This document shows, one piece after another, positions 1 through 9,160 of a stretch of 32,000 nt of DNA. The notes beneath the pieces were generated by a model. It was given only the letters and a program-made list of their open reading frames with translations. It was not told where the DNA came from and did not search any database. This DNA comes from Candidatus Saccharimonadota bacterium. GTDB taxonomy: Bacteria; Patescibacteriota; Saccharimonadia; Saccharimonadales; UBA4665. Numbering within the stretch: the stretch's first letter is position 1; every line of letters begins with the position of its first letter. Location of the stretch: positions 510,001 through 542,000 of the forward strand of contig OY970350.1 of NCBI GenBank assembly GCA_963718045.1. The letters run 5' to 3'. Made by a program: the position numbers and the translations under genes.

Positions 1-108
1 GGCTGAGACTAATAGGGAATAAGAAATTTAATAATTTTTAAGTGTTTATCATATGCGAGTATCCAACCATAGAGACCCGGTAGTCTTAAGTAAGCGTTCT
101 TTAATTAT

Positions 109-1539
109 CTAGTTATAGTCAGTTACTCCAAAGTCCCGGTTATGATACTTCCCTCTTATCTTATTCATCGCTTTATGTTCGATTTGCCTGACTCGGTCGG
201 CAGTAAGGCCGAATAGTTCACCAAGCTCTTCTAGAATTAATCCGTCCGCTGAAGAAAATCTGGACATTATATCACTATATGAAAGTTTCCCGTGGTGGGG
301 AATATCGAAAACAACTCCTTCAAAAGCCTCAATGGGAATAGCGTATCTAAGACATAAGACAATTTTTTCGTGATCAGTCAAATTAAGATCGGGATCGGCT
401 AACATTTTATTAATTAAGTCTCGATCGGCAATTTGACCTATCGCAGAGTCAGGGGGCTCACTTAATCGGTCGGCAGTTATTGTATCTAAATATGTGATTC
501 CACCTTCAGCTATGGGTTCATCTAGTGAGGCTATGTTATCCGGACCAAAGCACTGTAGCAGCATGATATCATATTGTTTAATTCCCATAGCATCAGATAA
601 TTCTTTGGTGGTTGGATTACCCCCAAGCTCGGTTTTTATGTTTAATAATTGTCGGTATTGTTCATGCCTATGAGCTGGTATACGAATCGCCCTATTTTTA
701 TCAGCTATAGCTCGCGTAATCGATTGACGTACCCAGTTAATAGCATACGTAGAAAACTGGTTACCACGCTCTACTTCAAAACGAGAAATTGCTTTAAACA
801 AGCCTATATTGCCCTCTTGCACTAAATCTTGAAATGTCATGGCTCCTTTTCCTGGATATTGCTTGGCTACATGCACCACAAGCCTAAGGTTCGACAAATA
901 AATAGTACGATGGGCAATTGTACCATCGATAAGCACCTGTTCATCATCGGGAGATATTCCACTGGTACTATCTAAACTTTTCAATAAATCGATCGCTTGA
1001 TCTAAAGATTTAAATAATAACTTCAGTTCTTCAAAGTCAATCAAACCATATTGTCCCATTTCCATTAAGTAGTGAGACGCTGACTCAGTCGAATCGGTAG
1101 TGGCCGTACCTTTTTTAAGTTCTTCGACTTCCTTAATTACACTAGGATGATTGCCGTATAGGTGTAACAGACGAACAAAGGGCAAATCCCTCTCGTGTAT
1201 CCCAGCGTCTTTTTCATATCCGAGGGTGTCGGGTTTCTTTGCACCAAGGTCTGTTACGGTGGGTTTTAATGGCGTTTCGGCTTCGGATATCTGTCTGTCT
1301 GTAGCAGGTTTAACGCCATTAGCTGGTACGCGGGAGAGGCCTGATAAAGCCAGCAAGCCTTCGCTATTTTGTTCCCGTTCAGCATTTTCTACAGATAACC
1401 CTGAGGGGTCCAGCAACAGATCGGTAGTCTCTAGTCCCACTGCCTGCGCAACGTGATCAAAGATACTATGAATTTCGCCAGGCCTTTCTCCGTCGGGCAA
1501 AACAATAGTACTAGGTAATTTATTTCCATACTCTGACAT
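109..1539 (-). CDS. rpoD: RNA polymerase sigma factor, sigma-70 family (primary RpoD/SigA-like) with about 200 aa of non-conserved N-terminal extension
   Basis: 476-aa ORF. Region 2 (YLSNLRLVVHVAKQY...FQDLVQEGNIGLFKAISRFEVERGNQFSTYAINWVRQSITRAI), region 3 and the region 4 HTH (LEELGELFGLTADRVRQIEHKAMNKIR) are all recognisable. Confidence 0.88.
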   Translation of the reverse strand: MSEYGNKLPSTIVLPDGERPGEIHSIFDHVAQAVGLETTDLLLDPSGLSVENAEREQNSEGLLALSGLSRVPANGVKPATDRQISEAETPLKPTVTDLGAKKPDTLGYEKDAGIHERDLPFVRLLHLYGNHPSVIKEVEELKKGTATTDSTESASHYLMEMGQYGLIDFEELKLLFKSLDQAIDLLKSLDSTSGISPDDEQVLIDGTIAHRTIYLSNLRLVVHVAKQYPGKGAMTFQDLVQEGNIGLFKAISRFEVERGNQFSTYAINWVRQSITRAIADKNRAIRIPAHRHEQYRQLLNIKTELGGNPTTKELSDAMGIKQYDIMLLQCFGPDNIASLDEPIAEGGITYLDTITADRLSEPPDSAIGQIADRDLINKMLADPDLNLTDHEKIVLCLRYAIPIEAFEGVVFDIPHHGKLSYSDIMSRFSSADGLILEELGELFGLTADRVRQIEHKAMNKIRGKYHNRDFGVTDYN

Positions 1540-1679
1540 TAATTAATTATTATTGCAGGATTTCGATACATTTACAAGGACTTAACACTTTAAATGTTGT
1601 GCTTTTACCCATAATATCGCTCTTGTCTTTTTGATATTCTCGGCAATTACCCTAGGTAATTTGACGATTAGGGCTTACC

Positions 1680-3335
1680 CTATTCGCCTTCAATATCTCT
1701 TTCGTTAAATCTTAGAGCACCAATCAATATAAATACTATGGCTATAGCTACAATAATTAGATTTACTGACCAATTAGGATTAACGCTTGGCGCCAGAGAT
1801 ACCTGGTGCAGAAGCGAAGTGTCAAGCAGCCAGTGATTCAATTTAAGTCCAGTGCCGACCAGTTCAATTAGCAGTGACCAAACTAGAACTGCATAAGCAG
1901 CTATGGAAGTCAGTCGGGGATAAAAACCGAAAACCAAAATACCAACCCCAATTAGAAATACAGCCGGGACCAAGGCGTTAATGCTGGCTAAAGTGAGAGT
2001 ATGTAACGATACCCCCGTATTTTGGTCAAGTATCCCAAGCCATATACCAAGAGTTGTTACTATACCAGCCGCAATAACTACTAAAAAGGTTAGGTTTAAT
2101 CTGCCCAGCAGCCATCTCAGTCTGGCGTATGGCTGAACCAGGAAGTTGTCTAAATAGCCCAATGCTTCTTCGCGTCTAGAGGCATTTACGCTATTAGCCG
2201 CCAAGACCATGATAAGTATAATTTGTATTAAGTAGATCATGCCTAGGAATAACAGGGTGGAAGACAGCTTCGCCGTTTGAATGAAGTGCTTTACGGTACG
2301 TTCATAGCCTTTAGATTGGCTGAATGCTTGCCCCGTAGATTTAGTAATTAGGCCATAAATGAGCGAGGTGACAAATATGGCTATCAGCCAGCCTATATTA
2401 GTGCCTCTAGTTAAGCGAACAGCTAAACTGAACGGCGACTTCAGTAACTGGTAGTGCGGTTTGGTGTCAGTTTTATCTGAAATGATGCTCTCCTGGTAGT
2501 CGCGTTTAGAAGCAAAATAAAGAGTTAGAATGAATAGTAGAGCGATTAGTATAGCGAAGGGTATTAGCCAGATTGGATCAGATTGGGACAGGGGCTGAGC
2601 TTTTTCTATCCAGCCTAGAGGCGTGACATTATTAATCCAGTGGGCACTAGTTACATCGCCAATGCCGCGCATTAAATAAAAAATTCCGAGTGTAAAACCG
2701 GCTACAGCTGCGGCCCGGCTGCGGGTTGGCATAAGTTGGGAAGCCATAGCCCCAACCATCAAAAATAAGCCTATCCCGAGTGTAACTACGAAAGCAAAGT
2801 ATAGGGCAGTGTGTGTCCCATAATCTACCCCTTGATGTTTCCCGACAGCAATGAATAAGACGGACATGACTAAGAAGAGCACACCCAAGCTAGTCCAAAG
2901 ACCCGCCAGAATATTTAAAGCCGCTTTTTTTGGGGTAGTCTGCCCGGCAAGTAGTGCTTCAGTGCGTCCAGACTCTTCATCGCCCCTGAAATACTTCGCG
3001 GCCATTAATAGTGCCCATATTGAACCAATAACGACCATCACTACGGCCGTATTCCAGGCTACATAAGCAGCTGTTGAAGAGTTTTGAGGTGCTTTGCCTA
3101 GTAAAAGCTCAATGCCGATATTATTGCTAAAGGTTTCAGCAATTTTCTGACGGGCAATAGCCGTCGGATAAAGATCAACAAAGCCAATTGCTTTGGAAGC
3201 CACATACAAACCAAATACTAGACCCCAGAGTACCGCCCCTTGAACTGTTCGGCGGGCTACAAACCTACCAATAACAGTTTTCGGTGAACGGTATCGGTGT
3301 AATGCTATTTTTGTTTCTGCCAAGGCACTACTCAT
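1680..3335 (-). CDS. ABC-2 type exporter permease, about 12 TM (TnrB3/COG3559-like, putative antibiotic exporter class)
   Basis: 551-aa highly hydrophobic ORF with many predicted TM segments. Its start overlaps the stop of the upstream ATPase gene (TAATG at 3335). Size and pairing match the long ABC-2 permeases partnered with DrrA-like ATPases. Confidence 0.72.
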   Translation of the reverse strand: MSSALAETKIALHRYRSPKTVIGRFVARRTVQGAVLWGLVFGLYVASKAIGFVDLYPTAIARQKIAETFSNNIGIELLLGKAPQNSSTAAYVAWNTAVVMVVIGSIWALLMAAKYFRGDEESGRTEALLAGQTTPKKAALNILAGLWTSLGVLFLVMSVLFIAVGKHQGVDYGTHTALYFAFVVTLGIGLFLMVGAMASQLMPTRSRAAAVAGFTLGIFYLMRGIGDVTSAHWINNVTPLGWIEKAQPLSQSDPIWLIPFAILIALLFILTLYFASKRDYQESIISDKTDTKPHYQLLKSPFSLAVRLTRGTNIGWLIAIFVTSLIYGLITKSTGQAFSQSKGYERTVKHFIQTAKLSSTLLFLGMIYLIQIILIMVLAANSVNASRREEALGYLDNFLVQPYARLRWLLGRLNLTFLVVIAAGIVTTLGIWLGILDQNTGVSLHTLTLASINALVPAVFLIGVGILVFGFYPRLTSIAAYAVLVWSLLIELVGTGLKLNHWLLDTSLLHQVSLAPSVNPNWSVNLIIVAIAIVFILIGALRFNERDIEGE

Positions 3336-4237
3336 TATTTATCTTTCTTAGAGTCAACCTCTTCGTCTCCATATAGTGCCAGAAATAACTCTTCTAGCGA
3401 CGGTTCCCGGCTGAGCAGAGTTTTTGGATGAGCGCCGGCTAGCACTTTTAGTAGTGGTTCAATCGGTCCCCTAACCTGACAGGTTAATTGATGGCCGGTA
3501 ACAGTAACACTGCTGACTCCTTCAATGTGTTCCAGCTTAGGCGGTTCATCAAAAGTTGCCTCAACGGTGACTGCCGAAAGGTGCCGCATCTGTTGTAGCG
3601 TGCCTAGTTCAACTAATTTACCTTTTCTAAGTATGCCTATACGGTCACATAAGGATTCTGCCTCTTCCAGTATATGTGACGACAAAAATATTGTTTGACC
3701 GTTGGACTTGGCTTCCAATACACTTTGTTTAAAAGCTTGCTCCATTATCGGGTCAAGACCGCTGGTCGGTTCATCCATTATGAGCAGTTTAGCCTGGGTA
3801 GACAAAGCAGCAATTAAGTTTATTTTCTGCCTGTTGCCTTTTGAATAGGTCCTAACCTTTCTGTTAGGGTCAAAATCGAAACGCCTAAGAAGCTCTTTTT
3901 GATACTTAAGATCAACCCTGCCATGTGATTTCCCCAGTAAATGGAGAGTCTCAGCACCAGTCAAAGACGGCCAAAAGACTGATTCGCCAGGTACATAGGC
4001 CAGATTTTTGTGAGCTTCGACTTTATCTTTCTGACTGTCTAGGTCAAATATTTCGGCACTGCCGCTAGTCGGATGAATCAGCCCTAAGATTAATCTAATG
4101 GTCGTTGTTTTGCCGGCACCATTAGGTCCCAAGTAGCCAAGTATCTCCCCTACACTAACCTCCAGGTTTAACGGTGCTAAAGCAGTTAAGGAGCCGTAAT
4201 TTTTGGATAGATTTTTAGTTTTTACTGCTATTTCCAT
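3335..4237 (-). CDS. ABC transporter ATP-binding protein (DrrA-like)
   Basis: Walker A GPNGAGKTT, signature-like YSKGNRQK, Walker B LLIMDEPTSGLD, H-loop SSHIL. 300 aa. Confidence 0.92.
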   Translation of the reverse strand: MEIAVKTKNLSKNYGSLTALAPLNLEVSVGEILGYLGPNGAGKTTTIRLILGLIHPTSGSAEIFDLDSQKDKVEAHKNLAYVPGESVFWPSLTGAETLHLLGKSHGRVDLKYQKELLRRFDFDPNRKVRTYSKGNRQKINLIAALSTQAKLLIMDEPTSGLDPIMEQAFKQSVLEAKSNGQTIFLSSHILEEAESLCDRIGILRKGKLVELGTLQQMRHLSAVTVEATFDEPPKLEHIEGVSSVTVTGHQLTCQVRGPIEPLLKVLAGAHPKTLLSREPSLEELFLALYGDEEVDSKKDK

Positions 4238-4296
4238 GGTTATACTTTACCACTTTTTTAGAGGGTCACTTTAGATTTATTGGTTATACTATACAT

Positions 4297-5055
4297 ATGT
4301 CATTTCCGCAGCCAGCTCTTAGAAAAGTACCAGAAATAACTGCCTTATTTTGGATTGTTAAGCTACTTACTACGGCAATGGGTGAAGCGACATCAGATTT
4401 TTTTGTTTTTAAATATAATAAATACCTTGCTGTATTTTTAGGCGGAGTAGTGCTGGCAATTGCTCTGGTAATGCAGTTCTCGGTTCGTAAATACAATGCC
4501 TGGATATATTGGTTTGCAGTAGCAATGGTTGCTGTCTTTGGTACTATGGCTGCCGACGCGCTGCATATTCAGCTTCACATACCATATGTTGTTTCGACTA
4601 TCTTTTTTGCCATTGTTCTGGCAATTGTTTTTATAGTCTGGAAGAAAACCGAGAAAACCTTATCAATCCACAGCATAAATACACGTCGCCGTGAATTATT
4701 CTACTGGCTGACTGTTCTATCGACGTTTGCCCTAGGTACAGCTGCCGGTGATTTAATGGCCACTACTGTCGGACTTGGTTACTTTGGGGCGGGTTTACTA
4801 TTTACAGGTTTATTTGCAATTCCCGGAATCATCTACTTTGTAACCCGAAAACATGAAATCCTCTGGTTTTGGGTTGCCTATGTATTAACTAGGCCGCTTG
4901 GAGCATCTTTTGCAGATTGGACTAGTAAACCCCGCCGTATTAGTGGCCTTGACTACGGGGACGGCCATGTTGCCATTGTTTTAACAATAGTAATTATTAT
5001 CTTTGTGGCATTTCTAGCGGTTAGCCGCGTAGATATTAAAAAAATTAGCAACTAA
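4297..5055 (+). CDS. Polytopic membrane protein, COG4705-like (uncharacterised membrane-anchored protein family)
   Basis: 252-aa ORF with about 7-8 hydrophobic segments and repeated G(E/T)xxxD motifs (MGEATSDF, GTAAGDL, GASFADW). The family assignment is from memory of the motif pattern only. Confidence 0.55.
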   Translation: MSFPQPALRKVPEITALFWIVKLLTTAMGEATSDFFVFKYNKYLAVFLGGVVLAIALVMQFSVRKYNAWIYWFAVAMVAVFGTMAADALHIQLHIPYVVSTIFFAIVLAIVFIVWKKTEKTLSIHSINTRRRELFYWLTVLSTFALGTAAGDLMATTVGLGYFGAGLLFTGLFAIPGIIYFVTRKHEILWFWVAYVLTRPLGASFADWTSKPRRISGLDYGDGHVAIVLTIVIIIFVAFLAVSRVDIKKISN

Positions 5056-5720
5056 GACTTTTGAGCCTCGCTAATACAAAATTCTAATAAGTCTGTCATT
5101 CTAGCTTTTCCCTCAGCAGAATAGGGCTTTGGCAGCCCATTAGCTACCAACCACCTATCAACATTTTCGGTTGAGGGTGGATTGTAAGATGGATGGACTG
5201 ACGTGTGGTGCTTAACTTTAAGTTGTACTTTAGGCTCGCTACCTTCTACGGTTTCATAAAAATTGAAAACAAACCCATCTTCATATAGAGAGTATTCATT
5301 ATCAATATAAGATGTATGCCTAAATAGTAACCAAGTATTCCTAATAGGATTATCACTACTCTCCACTAGGTTGAAGGGAGTATATATATGATCACTGACT
5401 ACCAGTTTGGGTGGAGCAACATGTTCAGGCCACCTTGAATTTGTAACAGTAGGCCATTCCTTTAGTGTTCCAATAGACGTGCTTCTATAATGATGCTTAA
5501 AGCTTTCAACAGGTGTACCCAATGCTCGCTTAACGACATTTGACCAAAAACTACCTTGCTGCCTTGGAGACCTAAAGAATACCTGTCCGTATTCTGGTAA
5601 TATCTGCACCCAACCCCGTTCCACGCTCTCATCATAATCTGGGGGCAATAATCTGTCGACATTAGCCCAGGCCTGCTTAATTTTGGCTGATGGGTCAGCG
5701 GGAAACTCTGGTGTGTTCAT
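5052..5720 (-). CDS. Hypothetical protein (222 aa, Trp/His/Pro-rich, no recognisable domain)
   Basis: Long uninterrupted ORF. Its stop overlaps the stop of the convergent 4297-5055 gene (CTAA). No motif recognised. Confidence 0.5.
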   Translation of the reverse strand: MNTPEFPADPSAKIKQAWANVDRLLPPDYDESVERGWVQILPEYGQVFFRSPRQQGSFWSNVVKRALGTPVESFKHHYRSTSIGTLKEWPTVTNSRWPEHVAPPKLVVSDHIYTPFNLVESSDNPIRNTWLLFRHTSYIDNEYSLYEDGFVFNFYETVEGSEPKVQLKVKHHTSVHPSYNPPSTENVDRWLVANGLPKPYSAEGKARMTDLLEFCISEAQKS

Positions 5721-5794
5721 ATTATACTACCATAACATAAGCAGTGTTATTTTGCAATACTGGAGATCCGCTAAGCTAGCTATATTTCTTAGTC

Positions 5795-6106
5795 TCAAGA
5801 CCCGCTTATTAACGCTTGTAGTTCATCCATAAGCCCATCCACTTCTTCTTCAGATAGGGTAGATGTTACCTGCAGTGTTCGCAGATAGCCATATATATCT
5901 TGAGATAGTCTTACTAACTCATTCTGGTTCGATGTAGGTTTACTATATTCACGAGCAAAGGCTAATGTACTCTTTTTTAAGTTATTTAAGACAATATTGT
6001 CTGTACTAGATGAGCCAATAATGCCTGCAGAAGCACCGCCCATGCGTGTTACGTTAATATTCATAACTCTCTCGATAAATAATGCTAGTTTTTCAGAGTT
6101 TGGCAT
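5795..6106 (-). CDS. Hypothetical protein (103 aa)
   Basis: ORF on the same strand as the lectin-CHAP gene and 111 nt downstream of it. No signal peptide or recognisable motif. Confidence 0.42.
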   Translation of the reverse strand: MPNSEKLALFIERVMNINVTRMGGASAGIIGSSSTDNIVLNNLKKSTLAFAREYSKPTSNQNELVRLSQDIYGYLRTLQVTSTLSEEEVDGLMDELQALISGS

Positions 6107-6217
6107 GGCTAAATTATATCAAAGAAGCGCGTATTAATTCTGTTTAGTCAAAAGTGTAATAAGGGACTACCTTGGACTAGAGCTTACTACTTGATGTTAA
6201 CTAACTGTCTCCCTTCC

Positions 6218-7252
6218 TTAGGTTGAAGAGTTGGGTGACATATAGTACTCAAGCTGGCCCAAGGATGGCAGGTTGGTAGTAGTGTTAGCAGCCATATCAC
6301 CATTGCCGGTAGTCGGGTCAATTACTGCTGAGTTGCCATATATAAAAGTCGGGGTCTTACCGCTGCTAACCACAATTTCTACGTGACCACCAGGATAATC
6401 AAAATAGGCTACGTCCCCTGGCTGAGGAATATAGTCTGACGATGAATCAATTGTGAAGCCCTGGTTAACAATGTTGCTGGCAATGTTTTCATCCCAGCCG
6501 TTATACTCACCACTGCTAAATGGATAGCCTGCTTCCTTATAGACATAGCTGACAAAGTCAGCGCACCACTCCTCATAAGGTGCTCCGGCTGTGTATGTAT
6601 TGAGCAGTGCTTCATGGTTATTTGGTTGGCTGGTCCAGTTAACCCATTCTTTGATGGCATAGCAGGCCACCATCTGCCCTTGGCTGCCGATGCACGGGTA
6701 AGTGCCGTAATTAATGTTAGGTTTCCAGCTTTTACTATCAGACGTTAAACGGTCACAAGAAGTTAGAGTTAATTGTCCGCCTTGCTGAGCACTGCCAGCT
6801 GTTAGACAAAGACTCTTATCCGGATTTAAAAAGCTAGTGTCGTCTCTTAGCCAGACCTGATCAGCGCCGTTATTGCAGCTGTTGATGGTGATCTTTGTAT
6901 CTGAGGAGGCCGTCAGACACATATCTTTATCATGGATAATCTGGGTTAGATTTACCTGCCAGTCCTGGGCAGCGGAGTTATTACAGGGCCACAAATCTAC
7001 CTGGTTGCCTTCGACCAATTTTGATCTGTAGTCATCAAGACAGTAACCTGACCAGCCAGATTTTATGGGACTGCCCGGTGCATTGGCGTGAGAAATGCCA
7101 AGAAACAGCAGGCTGAATATACCGGCGAGGGCCACGATAACCGCCAACATAGAAGTGAGGCGGTACTTCTTTAGAAATGATATATTTGGTTGTTTTAGCT
7201 CTTTGGGCCGTTTATATGTCCGGTGAACCGAGCTTACTTCTCGCATATTCAT
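6218..7252 (-). CDS. Secreted ricin-type beta-trefoil lectin + CHAP-domain peptidoglycan hydrolase
   Basis: N-terminal signal/anchor (MLAVIVALAGIFSLLFLGISHANA). Three Cys-bracketed QxW-type subrepeats (C..LWPC..AQDWQV, CL..INSC..DQVWL, CL..LTSC..SKSWK). C-terminal CHAP motifs with catalytic Cys (EEWCADFVSYVYKEAG) and His (GGHVEIVV). Confidence 0.82.
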   Translation of the reverse strand: MNMREVSSVHRTYKRPKELKQPNISFLKKYRLTSMLAVIVALAGIFSLLFLGISHANAPGSPIKSGWSGYCLDDYRSKLVEGNQVDLWPCNNSAAQDWQVNLTQIIHDKDMCLTASSDTKITINSCNNGADQVWLRDDTSFLNPDKSLCLTAGSAQQGGQLTLTSCDRLTSDSKSWKPNINYGTYPCIGSQGQMVACYAIKEWVNWTSQPNNHEALLNTYTAGAPYEEWCADFVSYVYKEAGYPFSSGEYNGWDENIASNIVNQGFTIDSSSDYIPQPGDVAYFDYPGGHVEIVVSSGKTPTFIYGNSAVIDPTTGNGDMAANTTTNLPSLGQLEYYMSPNSST

Positions 7253-7407
7253 GACTCGATCTTATATGTCCATGATTAAACTAAGCTGTAGTCGAAGTTT
7301 TTATTTTTGAGGGACAAACAATATTATATAACGAACTGGCAAGCGATGAAAAGTTATTCTTAGGTTAAATTAAATAACATAAAATATGCCCTTGCCTTAA
7401 TTAGAAC

Positions 7408-7875
7408 TTATTTCACTATGTTTTGGCTGAGAGCTATCTTAAAAGATTTATTGAACTGCGAGTGCAGGGGTTTAGGCAAATTTTTTGAAGTAAACCAGTC
7501 GATTTCTTCTATCTTATGAGGTTCGCCAATTTTCACCTTATCTGGATCAACTTTAACAGCGTGTATGATAGCTATCCAATGAGTTGGCTGGCCATTCAGC
7601 TCTCTGAAAGCGTCATAGACAGTTAAAAACTTAATCTCCAGCGGTTCGGTAACTAATTCTTCCATTATTTCTCGCTTGATAGCATCTTCAATTGGTTCGC
7701 CAAATTCAATGGCACCGCCGCCAACATCCCAACTCCCCTGTTCATCGCGGGCTTTTTTGCCTCTCTTTTGGAGCAATATGCGTCCCTTGCCGTCATGGAT
7801 AATAAAAGAGGCTGAAATACCGATATGATCTACTCCCCGTCTTAAGTCAGTCTTTTTGTTTGCCACTTTAACCAT
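7408..7875 (-). CDS. NUDIX hydrolase
   Basis: Nudix box GGGAIEFGEPIEDAIKREIMEELV. 155 aa. Confidence 0.85.
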   Translation of the reverse strand: MVKVANKKTDLRRGVDHIGISASFIIHDGKGRILLQKRGKKARDEQGSWDVGGGAIEFGEPIEDAIKREIMEELVTEPLEIKFLTVYDAFRELNGQPTHWIAIIHAVKVDPDKVKIGEPHKIEEIDWFTSKNLPKPLHSQFNKSFKIALSQNIVK

Positions 7876-7920
7876 GGTTCATATTATATAACGCCACGAG
7901 GTATAATATGGGAATAAGCA

Positions 7921-8361
7921 ATGGCTGGCAGTAAACCAAAAAACAGTTTCGAAGAAAAACACTTGGAGAGAATATTTCCTAGTTGGTACACCATACTTTA
8001 TGGTGCCGCCTGCGGTTTCTTAATACCCTGGACAATATCCATCGCTATTATCCTGCCGCCTCATTATGTTTCTAACCACTGGGACGCAGCCTGGGTCGGT
8101 TTTGACGCTTTTCAATGTGTACTTTTTGCTCTAACTGCCTATTTAACCTTTAAACATTCTATCTGGACTGCTCTAACCTCAGCCATGCTCGGTACTACTC
8201 TAGTAGTTGATGCTTGGTTTGATATTATGACCGCCAGAACTACAAAAGATATTAGATTGGCTATCGTTGAAGCAGTGATTGTTGAAGTTCCTCTAGCTCT
8301 TATCTCCTTCTATTTGTCGCGCCGTATATTTAATGGAATCCATAAAAATTACACAGATTAA
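7921..8361 (+). CDS. Small integral membrane protein (about 4 TM), unknown function
   Basis: 146-aa hydrophobic ORF. A TATAAT box sits at about 7906-7911 upstream. Its stop codon (8359-8361) lies inside the left inverted repeat of the adjacent IS element. Confidence 0.55.
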   Translation: MAGSKPKNSFEEKHLERIFPSWYTILYGAACGFLIPWTISIAIILPPHYVSNHWDAAWVGFDAFQCVLFALTAYLTFKHSIWTALTSAMLGTTLVVDAWFDIMTARTTKDIRLAIVEAVIVEVPLALISFYLSRRIFNGIHKNYTD

Positions 8362-8393
8362 AATATTTCCCGCCTACATACATTACAGACCCA
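8357..8393. repeat. Left terminal inverted repeat (IR-L) of the IS1595-family element
   Basis: attaaaatatttcccgcctacatacattacagaccca equals the reverse complement of 10471-10507 with 4 mismatches. Confidence 0.75.
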
Positions 8394-8403
8394 AAGGGAT
8401 TAA

Positions 8404-8880
8404 ATGACGTTATCTAGTGTTACAATTTATGATATGGATGCAAGCGGTCAACCCTTAGAGTTAAGAACTATGGTTGATACTATTTCGTTGTCGCTTAGCA
8501 CTTATTCAATAACGATGCCAACAGCTGATAGTGGATTAAACAATCTTAGTATTTCGATTAGCCCAAAAGGTATCGACCACTCTAGCCCTCATCAAGCAGA
8601 TAATCACCCGACGGTTTACTATAACCTTGGTTATGGCATTTTGAACGCTGATATTGCATACCCCACACCATCTCAGACAGAAAGTTCGCTTTATTTACAA
8701 AAATATGGTAATGTAATAGTGTACGACAAGTACGATTTTTTTGAACTTTTGACGGACGTTCCATATTTAGCCGAAAACTATCCACATCAAACTATGCGTG
8801 CTGTTGTTTTCTCGCCCTTCAATAATACCGTTAGCACAGTTAGAAGCTACTACTTTATAAGAAGATATGAAGATGAATAA
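8404..8880 (+). CDS. Hypothetical protein, IS passenger gene 1 (158 aa)
   Basis: ORF preceded by an SD-like aaaggga at the inner edge of IR-L. It overlaps the next ORF by 14 nt. No recognisable domain. Confidence 0.5.
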   Translation: MTLSSVTIYDMDASGQPLELRTMVDTISLSLSTYSITMPTADSGLNNLSISISPKGIDHSSPHQADNHPTVYYNLGYGILNADIAYPTPSQTESSLYLQKYGNVIVYDKYDFFELLTDVPYLAENYPHQTMRAVVFSPFNNTVSTVRSYYFIRRYEDE

Positions 8881-9160
8881 ATCTGCCCCGAACACAATTA
8901 ATGACTGGACTATTACATACAGCGAGTATGTTGATACTTTGCATGTGTTTGATAAGTCAATAAACAAAAAATCCAACAAGGAGCTACAAAAAATAAAAGC
9001 AGGACATGTGGTTTATATTTTTGATAAGAATACACACTCGCCTTTAATGCTGGAGGTTGATAATGCTACCCACAACTTCGGTGACGTTGATAAAATGGAT
9101 AAAAAGCTTATAATTCAAAAGGTAAAAGAATTGGTAAATAACTATGGCAGCACAGAATAA
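8867..9160 (+). CDS. Hypothetical small protein, IS passenger gene 2 (DUF2283/YuzE-like at motif level)
   Basis: 97 aa. The pattern WTITYSEYVDTLHVF...GHVVYIFDKN...LMLEVDNA resembles the ITYD..D.LYI...DyD..G.i.GIEi.nA layout of DUF2283 proteins. It overlaps both neighbours. Confidence 0.45.
   Translation: MKMNKSAPNTINDWTITYSEYVDTLHVFDKSINKKSNKELQKIKAGHVVYIFDKNTHSPLMLEVDNATHNFGDVDKMDKKLIIQKVKELVNNYGSTE

Noticed and set aside
1-108. A possible gene end or terminator at the left edge, including the weak hairpin agac-ccggta-gtct at about 74-87.
   Set aside because: There is too little sequence to call a CDS. The hairpin has only 4 bp and no U-tract.
7321-7893. A 13-bp direct repeat ATATTATATAACG at 7321-7333 and 7881-7893 flanking the Nudix gene, considered as possible mobile-element boundaries.
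   Set aside because: On the minus strand both copies read cgTTATATAATAT, a -10 promoter context in front of the lectin-CHAP and Nudix genes respectively. They are more simply explained as similar promoters in AT-rich spacers.
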